The notes beneath the pieces are model-generated. The model ran no database searches. It had not been told where the DNA came from and worked only from the letters and a program-made list of their open reading frames with translations. A stretch of DNA of 38,846 bases from a virus (lineage: Duplodnaviria; Caudoviricetes): positions 1-38,846 of the IMG/VR virus record IMGVR_UViG_3300046823_000057; one strand, 5' to 3'. The translations under genes were made by a program, and so were the position numbers. Below, piece by piece: positions 7,613 through 15,412 of the stretch; the stretch's first letter is position 1; each line of letters starts with the position of its first letter.

Positions 7613-8292
7613 GCTTTGAACTCGGGATTGCTGGCCCGGAGCGGCGCCTTCCACATTTCGTCCCAGGCTGGCTTGCTTGCTGCTTTGAATTTGTTTGTCT
7701 CATTGCCCCACGTCGTCCATCCCGAACGCTCGGCGCGGGCAAACAATTCGAGGTAAGGGCCGGCAACAAGCCGCTCGATGCGATCGTGAACGCAGTCGGG
7801 CTTGCGTGAATGCTGTCGCCGCGGTTCGATGATGGCTTGCCGCACGTCGGCGTTGAGGCGCTTTGGATTGCCGCGCGTTGCTAGTAGGCACGCTTCGGTG
7901 TTGGCTCGCGTCCAATAGCCCATGCCCATCTGATCGGGGATGGTGCTTTCGAACATCTCGATTTGGCCGGCATGCGCCTTCGTCCAGCAAAAGGCGCAAG
8001 TCTTGAACGTGAACCGCCAGGAACGAATGACCTCGAAAGCGTCCTCGATCTGTGGCCAGCTCACCCACAAAAATAGACTGCAGTCCTTCGCCGCGAGGTC
8101 TTTGACCGGCAGCGTGCGGATCTCCTCGATCGACATGGTGGTGTAGTGCGTAGCCGCCGAGACAGTGCCATTGCTATGCACACGCGGAATCGCGGTGCGC
8201 TGATCCCAAGTGCGGAAACACCACGGCGGATCGGCCAGAATCGCGCCGTAATGCCCCCGTGACAGACCGGCAAATGGGTTGCGGCTGCTCAT
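7609..8292 (-). CDS. MT-A70 family N6-adenine methyltransferase
   Basis: ILADPPW catalytic motif, HYTTMS, LFLWV, GMGYWTRANTE, HSRKPD, YLELFAR, WTTWGNE. ATGA overlap with gcrA. Confidence 0.93.
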   Translation of the reverse strand: MSSRNPFAGLSRGHYGAILADPPWCFRTWDQRTAIPRVHSNGTVSAATHYTTMSIEEIRTLPVKDLAAKDCSLFLWVSWPQIEDAFEVIRSWRFTFKTCAFCWTKAHAGQIEMFESTIPDQMGMGYWTRANTEACLLATRGNPKRLNADVRQAIIEPRRQHSRKPDCVHDRIERLVAGPYLELFARAERSGWTTWGNETNKFKAASKPAWDEMWKAPLRASNPEFKA

Positions 8293-8642
8293 GGATGATG
8301 CGCCTTGCGATGATGCGCGGCGCAGTAGGACGAGCCGTCGATCGCGGTCTGCCCGCAATAACGAAACGGCGGCCGTTCGCCATTCGGCCAGCGGCAGTGA
8401 TGGTCAAGCAACTCAAAGATCGTGAGCCCGCCCTTCGGCACGCGCTGCACTGGCGGCGTAGGCGGCGGCGCTTTAGGTGGCGCCGGGCGGCGTTTCTTCG
8501 GGGGTTGCTGGTAGCCGCCGCGGTAAATGATGCCGATGGCGGCGTTGCGGGTGCAGCCGATCTCGACGGCAATCTCGCCGGCACTGTAGCCAGCCTCCCA
8601 GAGTCCGCGGACGGTCGTCCTGCGTTCTTCGGTCCAGGTCAT
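8289..8642 (-). CDS. gcrA: GcrA-like transcriptional regulator (short, 117 aa)
   Basis: N-terminal WTEER..LW..GYSAGEIA..TRNAAIG HTH. C-terminal CRWP.G....FRYCG......YC..H motif. Confidence 0.9.
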   Translation of the reverse strand: MTWTEERRTTVRGLWEAGYSAGEIAVEIGCTRNAAIGIIYRGGYQQPPKKRRPAPPKAPPPTPPVQRVPKGGLTIFELLDHHCRWPNGERPPFRYCGQTAIDGSSYCAAHHRKAHHP

Positions 8643-8860
8643 CACGCCACCTCGATCGGCAGCTCGAAGAACCACTGGTCATTCCAGGGAATGCCGCGGG
8701 CGCGGGCAGCGTTACGAATCCGCTCCATCTCGCCGTGGTCGGGATGCAGCGTGCCGCTCTCCCAGCGGGAGACACTCGACTGCTTCGTGCCGGCAATCTT
8801 GGCGAAGGCGTCCTGCGTGACGCCGAAGATGTGCTTGCGAATATACTCGATTGGATGCAT
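8642..8860 (-). CDS. cro: Cro-like HTH repressor
   Basis: VTQDAFAKIAGTKQSSVSRWESG HTH, divergent from CI, first gene of the early operon. Confidence 0.88.
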   Translation of the reverse strand: MHPIEYIRKHIFGVTQDAFAKIAGTKQSSVSRWESGTLHPDHGEMERIRNAARARGIPWNDQWFFELPIEVA

Positions 8861-8951
8861 GCTCGCATAAATGCCTCAACGCATGAGGTTGTCAATGAGT
8901 TTATGTGAGCGAGTATTTGAGGCAGACCATCCAGCAGCCCATACCGTGTGG
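8861..8951. promoter_or_regulatory. Genetic switch: divergent PR and PRM promoters with operators
   Basis: Minus strand: TTGACA (8895-8890)-N17-ATTTAT, 6 nt before the cro ATG. Plus strand: TTGAGG (8917-8922)-N17-CATACC, 6 nt before the cI ATG. Operator ATGCCTCAACGCAT at 8871-8884 and a weaker copy at 8912-8925. Confidence 0.8.
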
Positions 8952-9572
8952 ATGGCTGAAGATATCCCCAGAATACTGCGCGCCTTGATGGACCGCTTCG
9001 ATGTCAATCAGGCTGAATTGGCGCAGCGCCTTGGTCACGGCATCACGCAACCGCAAATTTCCCGCTGGCTGCGCGGCGCCGTTCCTGAATTATCGAATTA
9101 CGATCGCGTCGTCGAGGTTGCGCACGAGGCCGGCCTGCTTGGCGACGTGCGCTCGGAGGACGTATCAGCGGCGTTGCCAAGCGCGATGCTACCCAAGATG
9201 GTCAAGTTAAAAGGCTACGTTGGAGCGGGCTCTTCTGCCCATTTTTATGACGTGGCCGATGAAGATCACGAAGAGGTAGCAGCGCCAATGAACGCCAATG
9301 AGAACACTATCGCCGTGGAAATACGCGGCAAAAGCCTGGGGCCCCTGTTCACCAATTGGCTGGTTTTTTACGATGACGTGCGGCGTCCGGTGACGGCCGA
9401 TTTGATCGGCCAATTGTGTGTCGTAGGCCTCGCCGATGGGCGGATTCTGGTGAAGGAAGTCAGGCGCAATACCCGCGGCGGATTCCGGCTCCTGTCGAAC
9501 ACCTCGGAGCCCCCGATCGACAACGCCGTCGTCGAATGGGCCGCCAAGGTCACCGAGATGCGTCCCCGCTAA
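8952..9572 (+). CDS. cI: CI-like repressor (HTH plus S24 peptidase-like domain)
   Basis: VNQAELAQRLGHGITQPQISRWLRG HTH, GYVGAG cleavage region, IRGKSLGP and ILVKEV S24 motifs. Confidence 0.92.
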   Translation: MAEDIPRILRALMDRFDVNQAELAQRLGHGITQPQISRWLRGAVPELSNYDRVVEVAHEAGLLGDVRSEDVSAALPSAMLPKMVKLKGYVGAGSSAHFYDVADEDHEEVAAPMNANENTIAVEIRGKSLGPLFTNWLVFYDDVRRPVTADLIGQLCVVGLADGRILVKEVRRNTRGGFRLLSNTSEPPIDNAVVEWAAKVTEMRPR

Positions 9573-9575
9573 AAT

Positions 9576-9626
9576 ATGCCCCAAACCATTCTTATGTTGA
9601 CATCGATATGCGTTGATGCATAAGCT
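9576..9626 (+). promoter_or_regulatory. PL-like promoter with operators
   Basis: TTGACA at 9597-9602. Operator ATGCGTTGATGCAT (9608-9621) matches the reverse complement of the cro operator at 13/14 positions. Weaker copy ATGCCCCAAACCAT at 9576-9589. Confidence 0.8.
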
Positions 9627-9653
9627 GTTTCTCTCTTTAATCTGGGGGAAACC

Positions 9654-9764
9654 ATGCGCGCCTTTCTCAAAAGTGATGCCGGCGACATTCTGAGCCTGCT
9701 GGCCTTAGTCGCCTTTCTCAGCACGGCCTTCGTGCTGCTGGGTGCCTTTGCGGGTGCGTTCTGA
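9654..9764 (+). CDS. 36-aa single-TM peptide (MRAFLKSDAGDILSLLALVAFLSTAFVLLGAFAGAF)
   Basis: Translated by hand. GGGGGA RBS and TGATG coupling to the next gene. Confidence 0.7.
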   Translation: MRAFLKSDAGDILSLLALVAFLSTAFVLLGAFAGAF

Positions 9765-10081
9765 TGGAAGCTGTCCATCAGGCCCACGCACTGCTCCTGG
9801 AGCAGCTTGCTAAGGAGCAGCCCATTCGCATCATCACCGCGCGCGGCGCCGACGAGAGGGACATTACGCTGCGCGAGAACCATCTGCGCCTCGTCACCCA
9901 AGCCTACCTCCGCTACATCAAGGCCATCGTCGAGGACACTAACTCACACCTCCTCGCCGGTAAGCCGGTCGAGATGGTGCCGCTCGTGACGGCGCTCGGC
10001 CAGGACTTGAGCGAGCGGCTTTACGCGCCGCTGCAGGCGGCGGCCGGCGCGGCTGAAGCAAACAGAGACTGGGTGGCGTGA
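9764..10081 (+). CDS. Hypothetical protein
   Basis: Coupled on both sides by TGATG overlaps. Confidence 0.8.
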   Translation: MEAVHQAHALLLEQLAKEQPIRIITARGADERDITLRENHLRLVTQAYLRYIKAIVEDTNSHLLAGKPVEMVPLVTALGQDLSERLYAPLQAAAGAAEANRDWVA

Positions 10082-10245
10082 TGACCTTGACTGAAAAGGA
10101 GGTCGAGCATGCGATCAACCTGTGTAATGCGATCGTAGAATCTGCCGCCAAGATCGAGAAGATCGTGGCGCAATCCAAGATCGAAATTGCCAAGTTGGCG
10201 CGCGATCTCGCCAACGCAATGGCGGAAGCGGACAAGCGCAAATGA
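10081..10245 (+). CDS. 54-aa helical hypothetical protein (MTLTEKEVEHAINLCNAIVES...)
   Basis: Translated by hand; TGATG and ATGA overlaps. Confidence 0.75.
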   Translation: MTLTEKEVEHAINLCNAIVESAAKIEKIVAQSKIEIAKLARDLANAMAEADKRK

Positions 10246-10499
10246 GCCTGCCCTATCCCCCGCCCTGGCAGGACATAGCGACCCTCTGCGCGCATATCTG
10301 CGTGTCACCAAACACGGTGGATAATTGGGTTGCGGCCGGCATTCTTCCGCCCCCGCGCAAGCGTGGCGGAAAACTAATGTGGAAGTGGGCGGAGGTGGAT
10401 GCCAAACTAAGCGAAGGGGCCACAAGCCCCGACAGCGAGGCCGAGAGGATACGCAATGGCACGCGAGCAGCAGCTGCCGAGATACGCCCGCGTTACTGA
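10242..10499 (+). CDS. xis: Excisionase / AlpA-like HTH protein
   Basis: LCAHICVSPNTVDNWVAAGILPPPRKRGGKLMWKWAEVD winged-HTH pattern, immediately upstream of int. Confidence 0.8.
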   Translation: MSLPYPPPWQDIATLCAHICVSPNTVDNWVAAGILPPPRKRGGKLMWKWAEVDAKLSEGATSPDSEAERIRNGTRAAAAEIRPRY

Positions 10500-11409
10500 G
10501 GACACGTTCGCGGCGTTGATCCGACTGTTCATGCAGAGTCCGAAATGGTCGCTCCCCCCGCCGAAGGGATACGCAGAGAACACCAAAGTGTCGTGGGGTA
10601 GTCAGTTAAACTTCATGGGCCGGCCGGATTGTCTTGGCGCTCTTTCGGTGCAAGAGATCAGGCCGTCCCTGGTGCAGGCATTCTTCGATGGCATTGCCGA
10701 TCGGCCGGGAAAGCAAGAAACCTCCCTCGCTGCGCTACGCCAGCTGGAGAAGTGGGCGATCGTGCGCGAGCTGTTGCCTCGCCAGATCACGCTCGGAATC
10801 GAGATCACCAAGTCTGACGGCGGCCATACACCCTGGTCGGACGCCCATGTCGAAACGGCTGAACAACACGCCCGCGCCGACTTGGCCCGCGCCGTCACCC
10901 TCGCCGCTCATACTGGCCAGCGCGGGTCAGACCTCGTCCGCATGGGGCCGACCGATGTCGAGACGTTTGACGGAATCGACGGCATCAACGTCGTCCAGCA
11001 AAAGACCAAGCGCGAGGTCTGGATACCGATTATGTCTACCCTGGCCGCCGTCATGGCGACCTGGGAAAGGCGCCCTGGACCGTTCCTGCGCCGCCTGGAC
11101 GGCGGTGTGTGGACCCGTAAGGCTCTCTATACGGCATGGGTCTATGAGCGCGACCGCAACCCTGCTTTGGTGGCCTTGCGTGCGCTAGGACTCGTCCCAC
11201 ACGGCCTGCGCGGGCATGCCTGCGTGCGGCTCCTGCGGGCCGGCGCCAACACCCGGCAGATTGCCGACATGGTGGGCATGTCCGAAGACATGGTTAAGCG
11301 GTATACTCGGCTGTCGGCGCAGCGCGAGAACGCTTCAGCCGCCGTCTATCACCTGGAGCGAACGCTGCGTGAACGAGAAAACAGTATAACCGACAAAAAC
11401 ACCGGGTAA
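10456..11409 (+). CDS. int: Tyrosine recombinase / phage integrase
   Basis: HTGQRGSD (catalytic R), QQKT (K), PHGLR (HxxR), MVKRYT (Y). Confidence 0.93.
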   Translation: MAREQQLPRYARVTEDTFAALIRLFMQSPKWSLPPPKGYAENTKVSWGSQLNFMGRPDCLGALSVQEIRPSLVQAFFDGIADRPGKQETSLAALRQLEKWAIVRELLPRQITLGIEITKSDGGHTPWSDAHVETAEQHARADLARAVTLAAHTGQRGSDLVRMGPTDVETFDGIDGINVVQQKTKREVWIPIMSTLAAVMATWERRPGPFLRRLDGGVWTRKALYTAWVYERDRNPALVALRALGLVPHGLRGHACVRLLRAGANTRQIADMVGMSEDMVKRYTRLSAQRENASAAVYHLERTLRERENSITDKNTG

Positions 11410-11480
11410 GTATCTGGAATAACTAGCCTAGTTTTTCTCGATGCTTAAGACATCACTATGAAAGACAAACACTTGCAAGA
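11360..11480. other. Candidate attP region
   Basis: AT-rich non-coding stretch after int. GAACG repeats at the int 3' end and degenerate IHF-like sites (TAAGTATCTGGAAT; ACAAACACTTG). Phage-type genes on both sides. Core sequence not identifiable. Confidence 0.45.
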
Positions 11481-11531
11481 GGCGGCCCGCTCAATCGGGA
11501 CCAAATCGAGCCAACCCAGAGGACCACGACC

Positions 11532-12308
11532 ATGAAGTATCTTGCTGCCTTGCTATGCGCGTCGAGCCTTGTTGCGTGTGTGAACCCGGCGAGGGCCGAC
11601 GTTATCTTGGGCGGGCAGAACTGGACCGGCACCGGCACCAATCTAACCCTGACCCCGGTCGTGCCGGGGGGCAATCAGCCACAGAACGCCCCATGTCTCA
11701 TATGCGGTGCGAACCAGCCAGGGCAGGAGGCCGGTTTCGGCTACAATGACTATTCCAACGCGGGCAACGTGACCTCGATCACCGCCTTCAGCGATCAGGG
11801 CAACGGCGGTAGAAACACGCTCGCCGACAACACCTTCGTCAATAATTCGACCGGCGGTTATCAGATCGGCTCCGGCAGCTTGTTCCTGGCGTTCCTGCTG
11901 GCGCACGGCGCCACTCCCGGCAGTCTCGGGTTCTCGATTGGCATCGATGTCAACGATACCAATCAGGCGCAGACCCTGAACTCGTTCTTCTTCCTGGATC
12001 TGACGAGCCATACAGTGCTGGCGTCCTACATCTGTCTTGTTAACTGCACGGTGCCGTCCGCCAATAACGGCACCGGATTTCCCGACTACACGCTGTCGGG
12101 CCTGACGCTCAATGGCATCACTCCCGGCGATGAGATCATCTTCGCCGCGCGGATGTCCAACCTGAACGATGGCCCCGACAGTTTCTTCCTGGAGCCTGCC
12201 GTGCAGGCAGTGCCGGGTCCGATCGTCGGTGCTGGCTTGCCCGGCCTGATCGCGGGCGGCCTGTTCATGCTCGGCCTCGCACGCCGCCGCAAGCAAGCCA
12301 AGGTGTGA
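11532..12308 (+). CDS. Secreted protein with a PEP-CTERM-like (VPGP variant) C-terminal sorting signal
   Basis: Signal peptide ending A-R-A; N/G/T/S-rich body; C-terminus AVPGPIVGAGLPGLIAGGLFMLGLARRRK (motif, TM helix, basic cluster). Confidence 0.88.
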   Translation: MKYLAALLCASSLVACVNPARADVILGGQNWTGTGTNLTLTPVVPGGNQPQNAPCLICGANQPGQEAGFGYNDYSNAGNVTSITAFSDQGNGGRNTLADNTFVNNSTGGYQIGSGSLFLAFLLAHGATPGSLGFSIGIDVNDTNQAQTLNSFFFLDLTSHTVLASYICLVNCTVPSANNGTGFPDYTLSGLTLNGITPGDEIIFAARMSNLNDGPDSFFLEPAVQAVPGPIVGAGLPGLIAGGLFMLGLARRRKQAKV

Positions 12309-12493
12309 AAGGTTATCCCGGCGTCAGCAGAGAAACCGTCCGCTACAAGCCGCGTCGCGGAAAGCTGAAGACCTACATCTATTACAAAGCGCGGATTACT
12401 ATTGGTGGCCGGGTTATCAGACTCGGCCACTTTTCTACGCCTGAAGCGGCAACGGCGGCCTACCGCAAGGCCAAGAAATCTAGGCGTGGATGA
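12305..12493 (+). CDS. Stand-alone AP2-like DNA-binding domain protein
   Basis: GYPGVS...YKARITIGGRVIRLGHFSTPEAATAAY matches the AP2 pattern of HNH-AP2 endonucleases. GTGA overlap with the upstream gene. Confidence 0.75.
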   Translation: MKGYPGVSRETVRYKPRRGKLKTYIYYKARITIGGRVIRLGHFSTPEAATAAYRKAKKSRRG

Positions 12494-12647
12494 TGAAACC
12501 AAAGCTATGCCAACCCAGTAGAAATAACAGTACGAAGAACAGAAACTCGCTGGCATAGACGTAGGTCGTGTACGGTCCCCAGCGCGTGCCAATCCACGAC
12601 ACGATCCAGAGCACCATTAGAACCCAAAAGAGTAGACCTATCGACAT
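12480..12647 (-). CDS. 55-aa two-TM membrane protein, holin candidate (MSIGLLFWVLMVLW...LLFLLGWHSFGFIIHA)
   Basis: Translated by hand. AGGAGG RBS, two hydrophobic segments, downstream of the endolysin. Confidence 0.75.
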   Translation of the reverse strand: MSIGLLFWVLMVLWIVSWIGTRWGPYTTYVYASEFLFFVLLFLLGWHSFGFIIHA

Positions 12648-12772
12648 CGTGTCCTCCTAACGGTTTCTTCCAGCGCGTATCGCATTCTTCTATGGCAATC
12701 TCGCTCGCGCATCACCCGCGCGAGCCTACGCAACATCACGCGCAGCTCGTGTCTCAGCTCGTGCCGACTCAT
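12638..12772 (-). CDS. Possible 44-aa Arg-rich peptide (MSRHELRHELRVMLRR...)
   Basis: ATGA overlap with the endolysin stop and overlap with the next start; could be non-coding. Confidence 0.35.
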   Translation of the reverse strand: MSRHELRHELRVMLRRLARVMRERDCHRRMRYALEETVRRTRCR

Positions 12773-13323
12773 TTAGGATCGTCCACTGCCTGCGGCATAG
12801 GATCTACCAGTGGCACGATCACCTTGTCGGGCTTGCCGTCATAGTTCTCGTCGGGGGTGTCCTGAAACAGCAGCGCCTCGCTCGCGCGCCTGCGCGTAAG
12901 GCCGGCAAGCACCTTGCCGTTGGCCTTATTCCATTTCGGAAACTCTTTCGCCGCGCCTGCGAAATCGCCCGCGTTTACTTTCTTGAGGAGCGTGGACTTG
13001 TTGAGGTTTCCGCTGCCCACGTTGTATGTGAAGCTAACGAGCGCGTCGAACTGGTATGGCTCAAGCGGAACCTTGACCGCCTTGCGCACGTCGCGTTCGA
13101 ACCCGCTCATATCTTCCATGAACGCTTCGTCGCATTCCTGCCGCGTCCATTTTGAGTTGGCATCGAATTTACGGCCGTGATGCTGGGTGTGACCCCAACC
13201 AATCGTGAGAACCCCCGCCGGACAATGATAGGTGTGATAGTGCTCGCCCTTCTTCTGCATGCAGCTCTCGAAATGCTTGATCAGGTTAGCTCCTGCGGTC
13301 GTCAGTGACAGGTTCTCGTTCAT
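12769..13323 (-). CDS. Endolysin, GH24 (T4-like/lysozyme) family
   Basis: IKHFES...YHCPAGVLTIGWGHT, QFDALVSFTYNVG, WNKANGKVLAGLTRRRASE. Confidence 0.95.
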   Translation of the reverse strand: MNENLSLTTAGANLIKHFESCMQKKGEHYHTYHCPAGVLTIGWGHTQHHGRKFDANSKWTRQECDEAFMEDMSGFERDVRKAVKVPLEPYQFDALVSFTYNVGSGNLNKSTLLKKVNAGDFAGAAKEFPKWNKANGKVLAGLTRRRASEALLFQDTPDENYDGKPDKVIVPLVDPMPQAVDDPK

Positions 13324-13550
13324 GTGGCTGGTCCTTGTCGACAGTCGCGAATGTCGGTCACTAGCTTGGTGATCAATTCGGTTTGCGTTTTATTGCGGTC
13401 GCTGGCATTGGCTGCGACCTCACCCAGCACATAGGCCGCAAACGCCAGGAAGGCGACGTTGACAATGAGCAGCGCGACTGCAAGCGGCGTCGATTTCATG
13501 GCGTCAATGGCGCTAGTCGCAATCTTCCCGCTGGTGTCGAGCACCATCAT
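13320..13550 (-). CDS. Single-TM membrane protein, holin/lysis accessory candidate
   Basis: TM segment PLAVALLIVNVAFLAFAAYVL, directly upstream of the endolysin with ATGA overlaps. Confidence 0.65.
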   Translation of the reverse strand: MMVLDTSGKIATSAIDAMKSTPLAVALLIVNVAFLAFAAYVLGEVAANASDRNKTQTELITKLVTDIRDCRQGPAT

Positions 13551-15403
13551 TTGCGTGTGGCCTCCAACTCCTCGACACGCGCAGCCAGAATCTTCACAGC
13601 GTTGATCAGTGCATAAACCAGCGCGTTGGGATCGATAGAACGGATATCGTTCACCGGCTGGCCATCGATCATGCCCGCGTGCCGGCTCACTATCTCAGGC
13701 ATCACCGGCTCGGCGTCCTGCGCGATCAGACCGACAAACTCGGTGCCGTCGAGGGCTGCGGAATAGTGTGGGCTATTGCCGTAAGGCAAGGTAACGGCGC
13801 GGGTGTCGTCGCCAATCGCAAGTCCGTCGCTGCCTATTAGCGGGACATTCTTCGGCGGGTCGTCGGCGCGCGTATCGTTGCCCTTGTAGGAATATCGCTT
13901 GGGATGCAGCGCAAGTATTTCGTCGAGGCCGCTCGTGTAGTCGCCCAGCACGCTCTTGATGCGTACATCGGAATTGTCGCCCCACGGCCCGCCCCCCGGC
14001 TTCTTGGCATCGGCCATCGCTAACTGAAAGGTAGAGCTAGACAGGTAGGTAAGCGGAGAGCCGGTAGGGGTACCGACTGCGTCGGTTCCCTGATCCATCA
14101 GGTAAGTAGTGTCTGACCTGACGCAGTAGCCGCTACCACCTCCGCTGTATAAAGCGAAAACCGGGGAGGTGCCGCTACCGCTAAGTAGCAGTTTTCCCGT
14201 CATGGTATCGCCGGCCTTCAGCACCCTGTTATTGGCGTTGGTGCTGGCGGCATTGGCGGCGTTCAATGACGTTGTGTCGCCCGCATCGACATAGCCCTTG
14301 CTGGCGGCGTGGTTGGCCAGGGTGGGATTGGGCACGCTAACGATGCCCGTAAATGTCACATTGCCGATAGGTCCGCCAAAGATAAATTTGCTGGCGTCCC
14401 AGGAAATCTGGGTTGCGGCGTTGCCAAAATATATGGTCCCCTGTGTTGGGTCGAATGGGTATGAAGTTGTAAGCGGACTGGACAGGAAAGTTGCGCCGGA
14501 AGCGTTATCAATGCTGAACGGCGACCCCAGCAAGGCCCCGCTCGCACTGTAGCTACTGACGATCAGATTCCTTGTCGCTCCCTGTCCCAGGAACATACCC
14601 CAGCGCGGGATACCGTTGTCGGTGGAGATAATCTGCGCTGTCGTCGTAGACCCGGACGGAACGTCCAGATAAAGCACCGGGTCAGCGTGCTTGATGTGCA
14701 GATCACCAGCGATGATGGTGGTGTTGAGATGAACATTGCCATCGCTGCGCACGACACTGATCGGGAAATCGAGAATGGACCCGTTGTCATTATAGCGAGC
14801 CAGGAACCAGTTGCTCCCGACATTGGCTCCACTCTCGGCAGAGCCGTCGCTCACAGCCATGACCCAGCGCAGGGCGCCCGCGTTGTTCTGTGAGGTGATA
14901 CCGAGGGAGCCGGAAGCGATATTGAAATTGAGGTTTCCGGTCATGGTGTCGCCAGTCTTCATGACGGCTGCGATGTCACCCCTGACCCATGCGCCCCAGA
15001 CGCCGTTGTGCTTTTCACGGACATAATGCACAAACAACGGGTCGTCATAGTCACGGGCTTCCAGGAACATGTCGCCGGAAGCAATCGTGTGGCATATCCC
15101 AGAAAAGTAGTGTCCGTTTGCTGGCGTAGCAGTGGCTGAATTGTCGGACCAGAACGACCCCGCGATGAACGGAAAAGTATCGTAATTGTCGACGTGCTGA
15201 TTGGCTATTTCACCACCTAGCGCGATCATCGCACCGCGTGCGTTGTCGGACCCGGTGCCGCCAGACTCGACAGGCCGCGGTGCATTCAAGTCCTGCTCAA
15301 CGTCGGTGGTGAACGCATTATATTTTGTCGACTCGATCGTCGTGTCGGGAATGCCCTGCGTCCCCGGCGGCAAGTGATACGTGTGGGAGCCATCTCGTGG
15401 AAT
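13547..15403 (-). CDS. Tail fibre with C-terminal intramolecular chaperone (peptidase S74); probable ATT start
   Basis: GDTMTG repeats, SKGYVD motif, SDVRIK autocleavage site, GLIAQD, terminal coiled coil. AGGAGG lies 5 nt before ATT15403, giving N-terminus (M)PRDGSHTYHLPPGT. Confidence 0.88.
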   Translation of the reverse strand: MPRDGSHTYHLPPGTQGIPDTTIESTKYNAFTTDVEQDLNAPRPVESGGTGSDNARGAMIALGGEIANQHVDNYDTFPFIAGSFWSDNSATATPANGHYFSGICHTIASGDMFLEARDYDDPLFVHYVREKHNGVWGAWVRGDIAAVMKTGDTMTGNLNFNIASGSLGITSQNNAGALRWVMAVSDGSAESGANVGSNWFLARYNDNGSILDFPISVVRSDGNVHLNTTIIAGDLHIKHADPVLYLDVPSGSTTTAQIISTDNGIPRWGMFLGQGATRNLIVSSYSASGALLGSPFSIDNASGATFLSSPLTTSYPFDPTQGTIYFGNAATQISWDASKFIFGGPIGNVTFTGIVSVPNPTLANHAASKGYVDAGDTTSLNAANAASTNANNRVLKAGDTMTGKLLLSGSGTSPVFALYSGGGSGYCVRSDTTYLMDQGTDAVGTPTGSPLTYLSSSTFQLAMADAKKPGGGPWGDNSDVRIKSVLGDYTSGLDEILALHPKRYSYKGNDTRADDPPKNVPLIGSDGLAIGDDTRAVTLPYGNSPHYSAALDGTEFVGLIAQDAEPVMPEIVSRHAGMIDGQPVNDIRSIDPNALVYALINAVKILAARVEELEATRK

Positions 15404-15412
15404 GGGAGCCTC

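Noticed and set aside
8871-8951. Longer CI N-terminus starting at ATG8871
   Set aside because: That ATG lies inside the operator and cro promoter; the HTH begins right after ATG8952, which fits a leaderless PRM.
11410-11531. tRNA gene or tRNA-derived att core
   Set aside because: No cloverleaf, T-loop GTTCGA motif or CCA-ending tRNA 3' fragment recognisable.
11532-11600. Lipoprotein signal (LVAC) in the PEP-CTERM-like protein
   Set aside because: An A-R-A signal peptidase I site follows and the protein already has a C-terminal anchor, so SPase I cleavage is more plausible; not excluded.
13547-15403. Diversity-generating retroelement or invertible tail-fibre cassette
   Set aside because: No reverse transcriptase, no template/variable repeat pair and no invertase found in the window.
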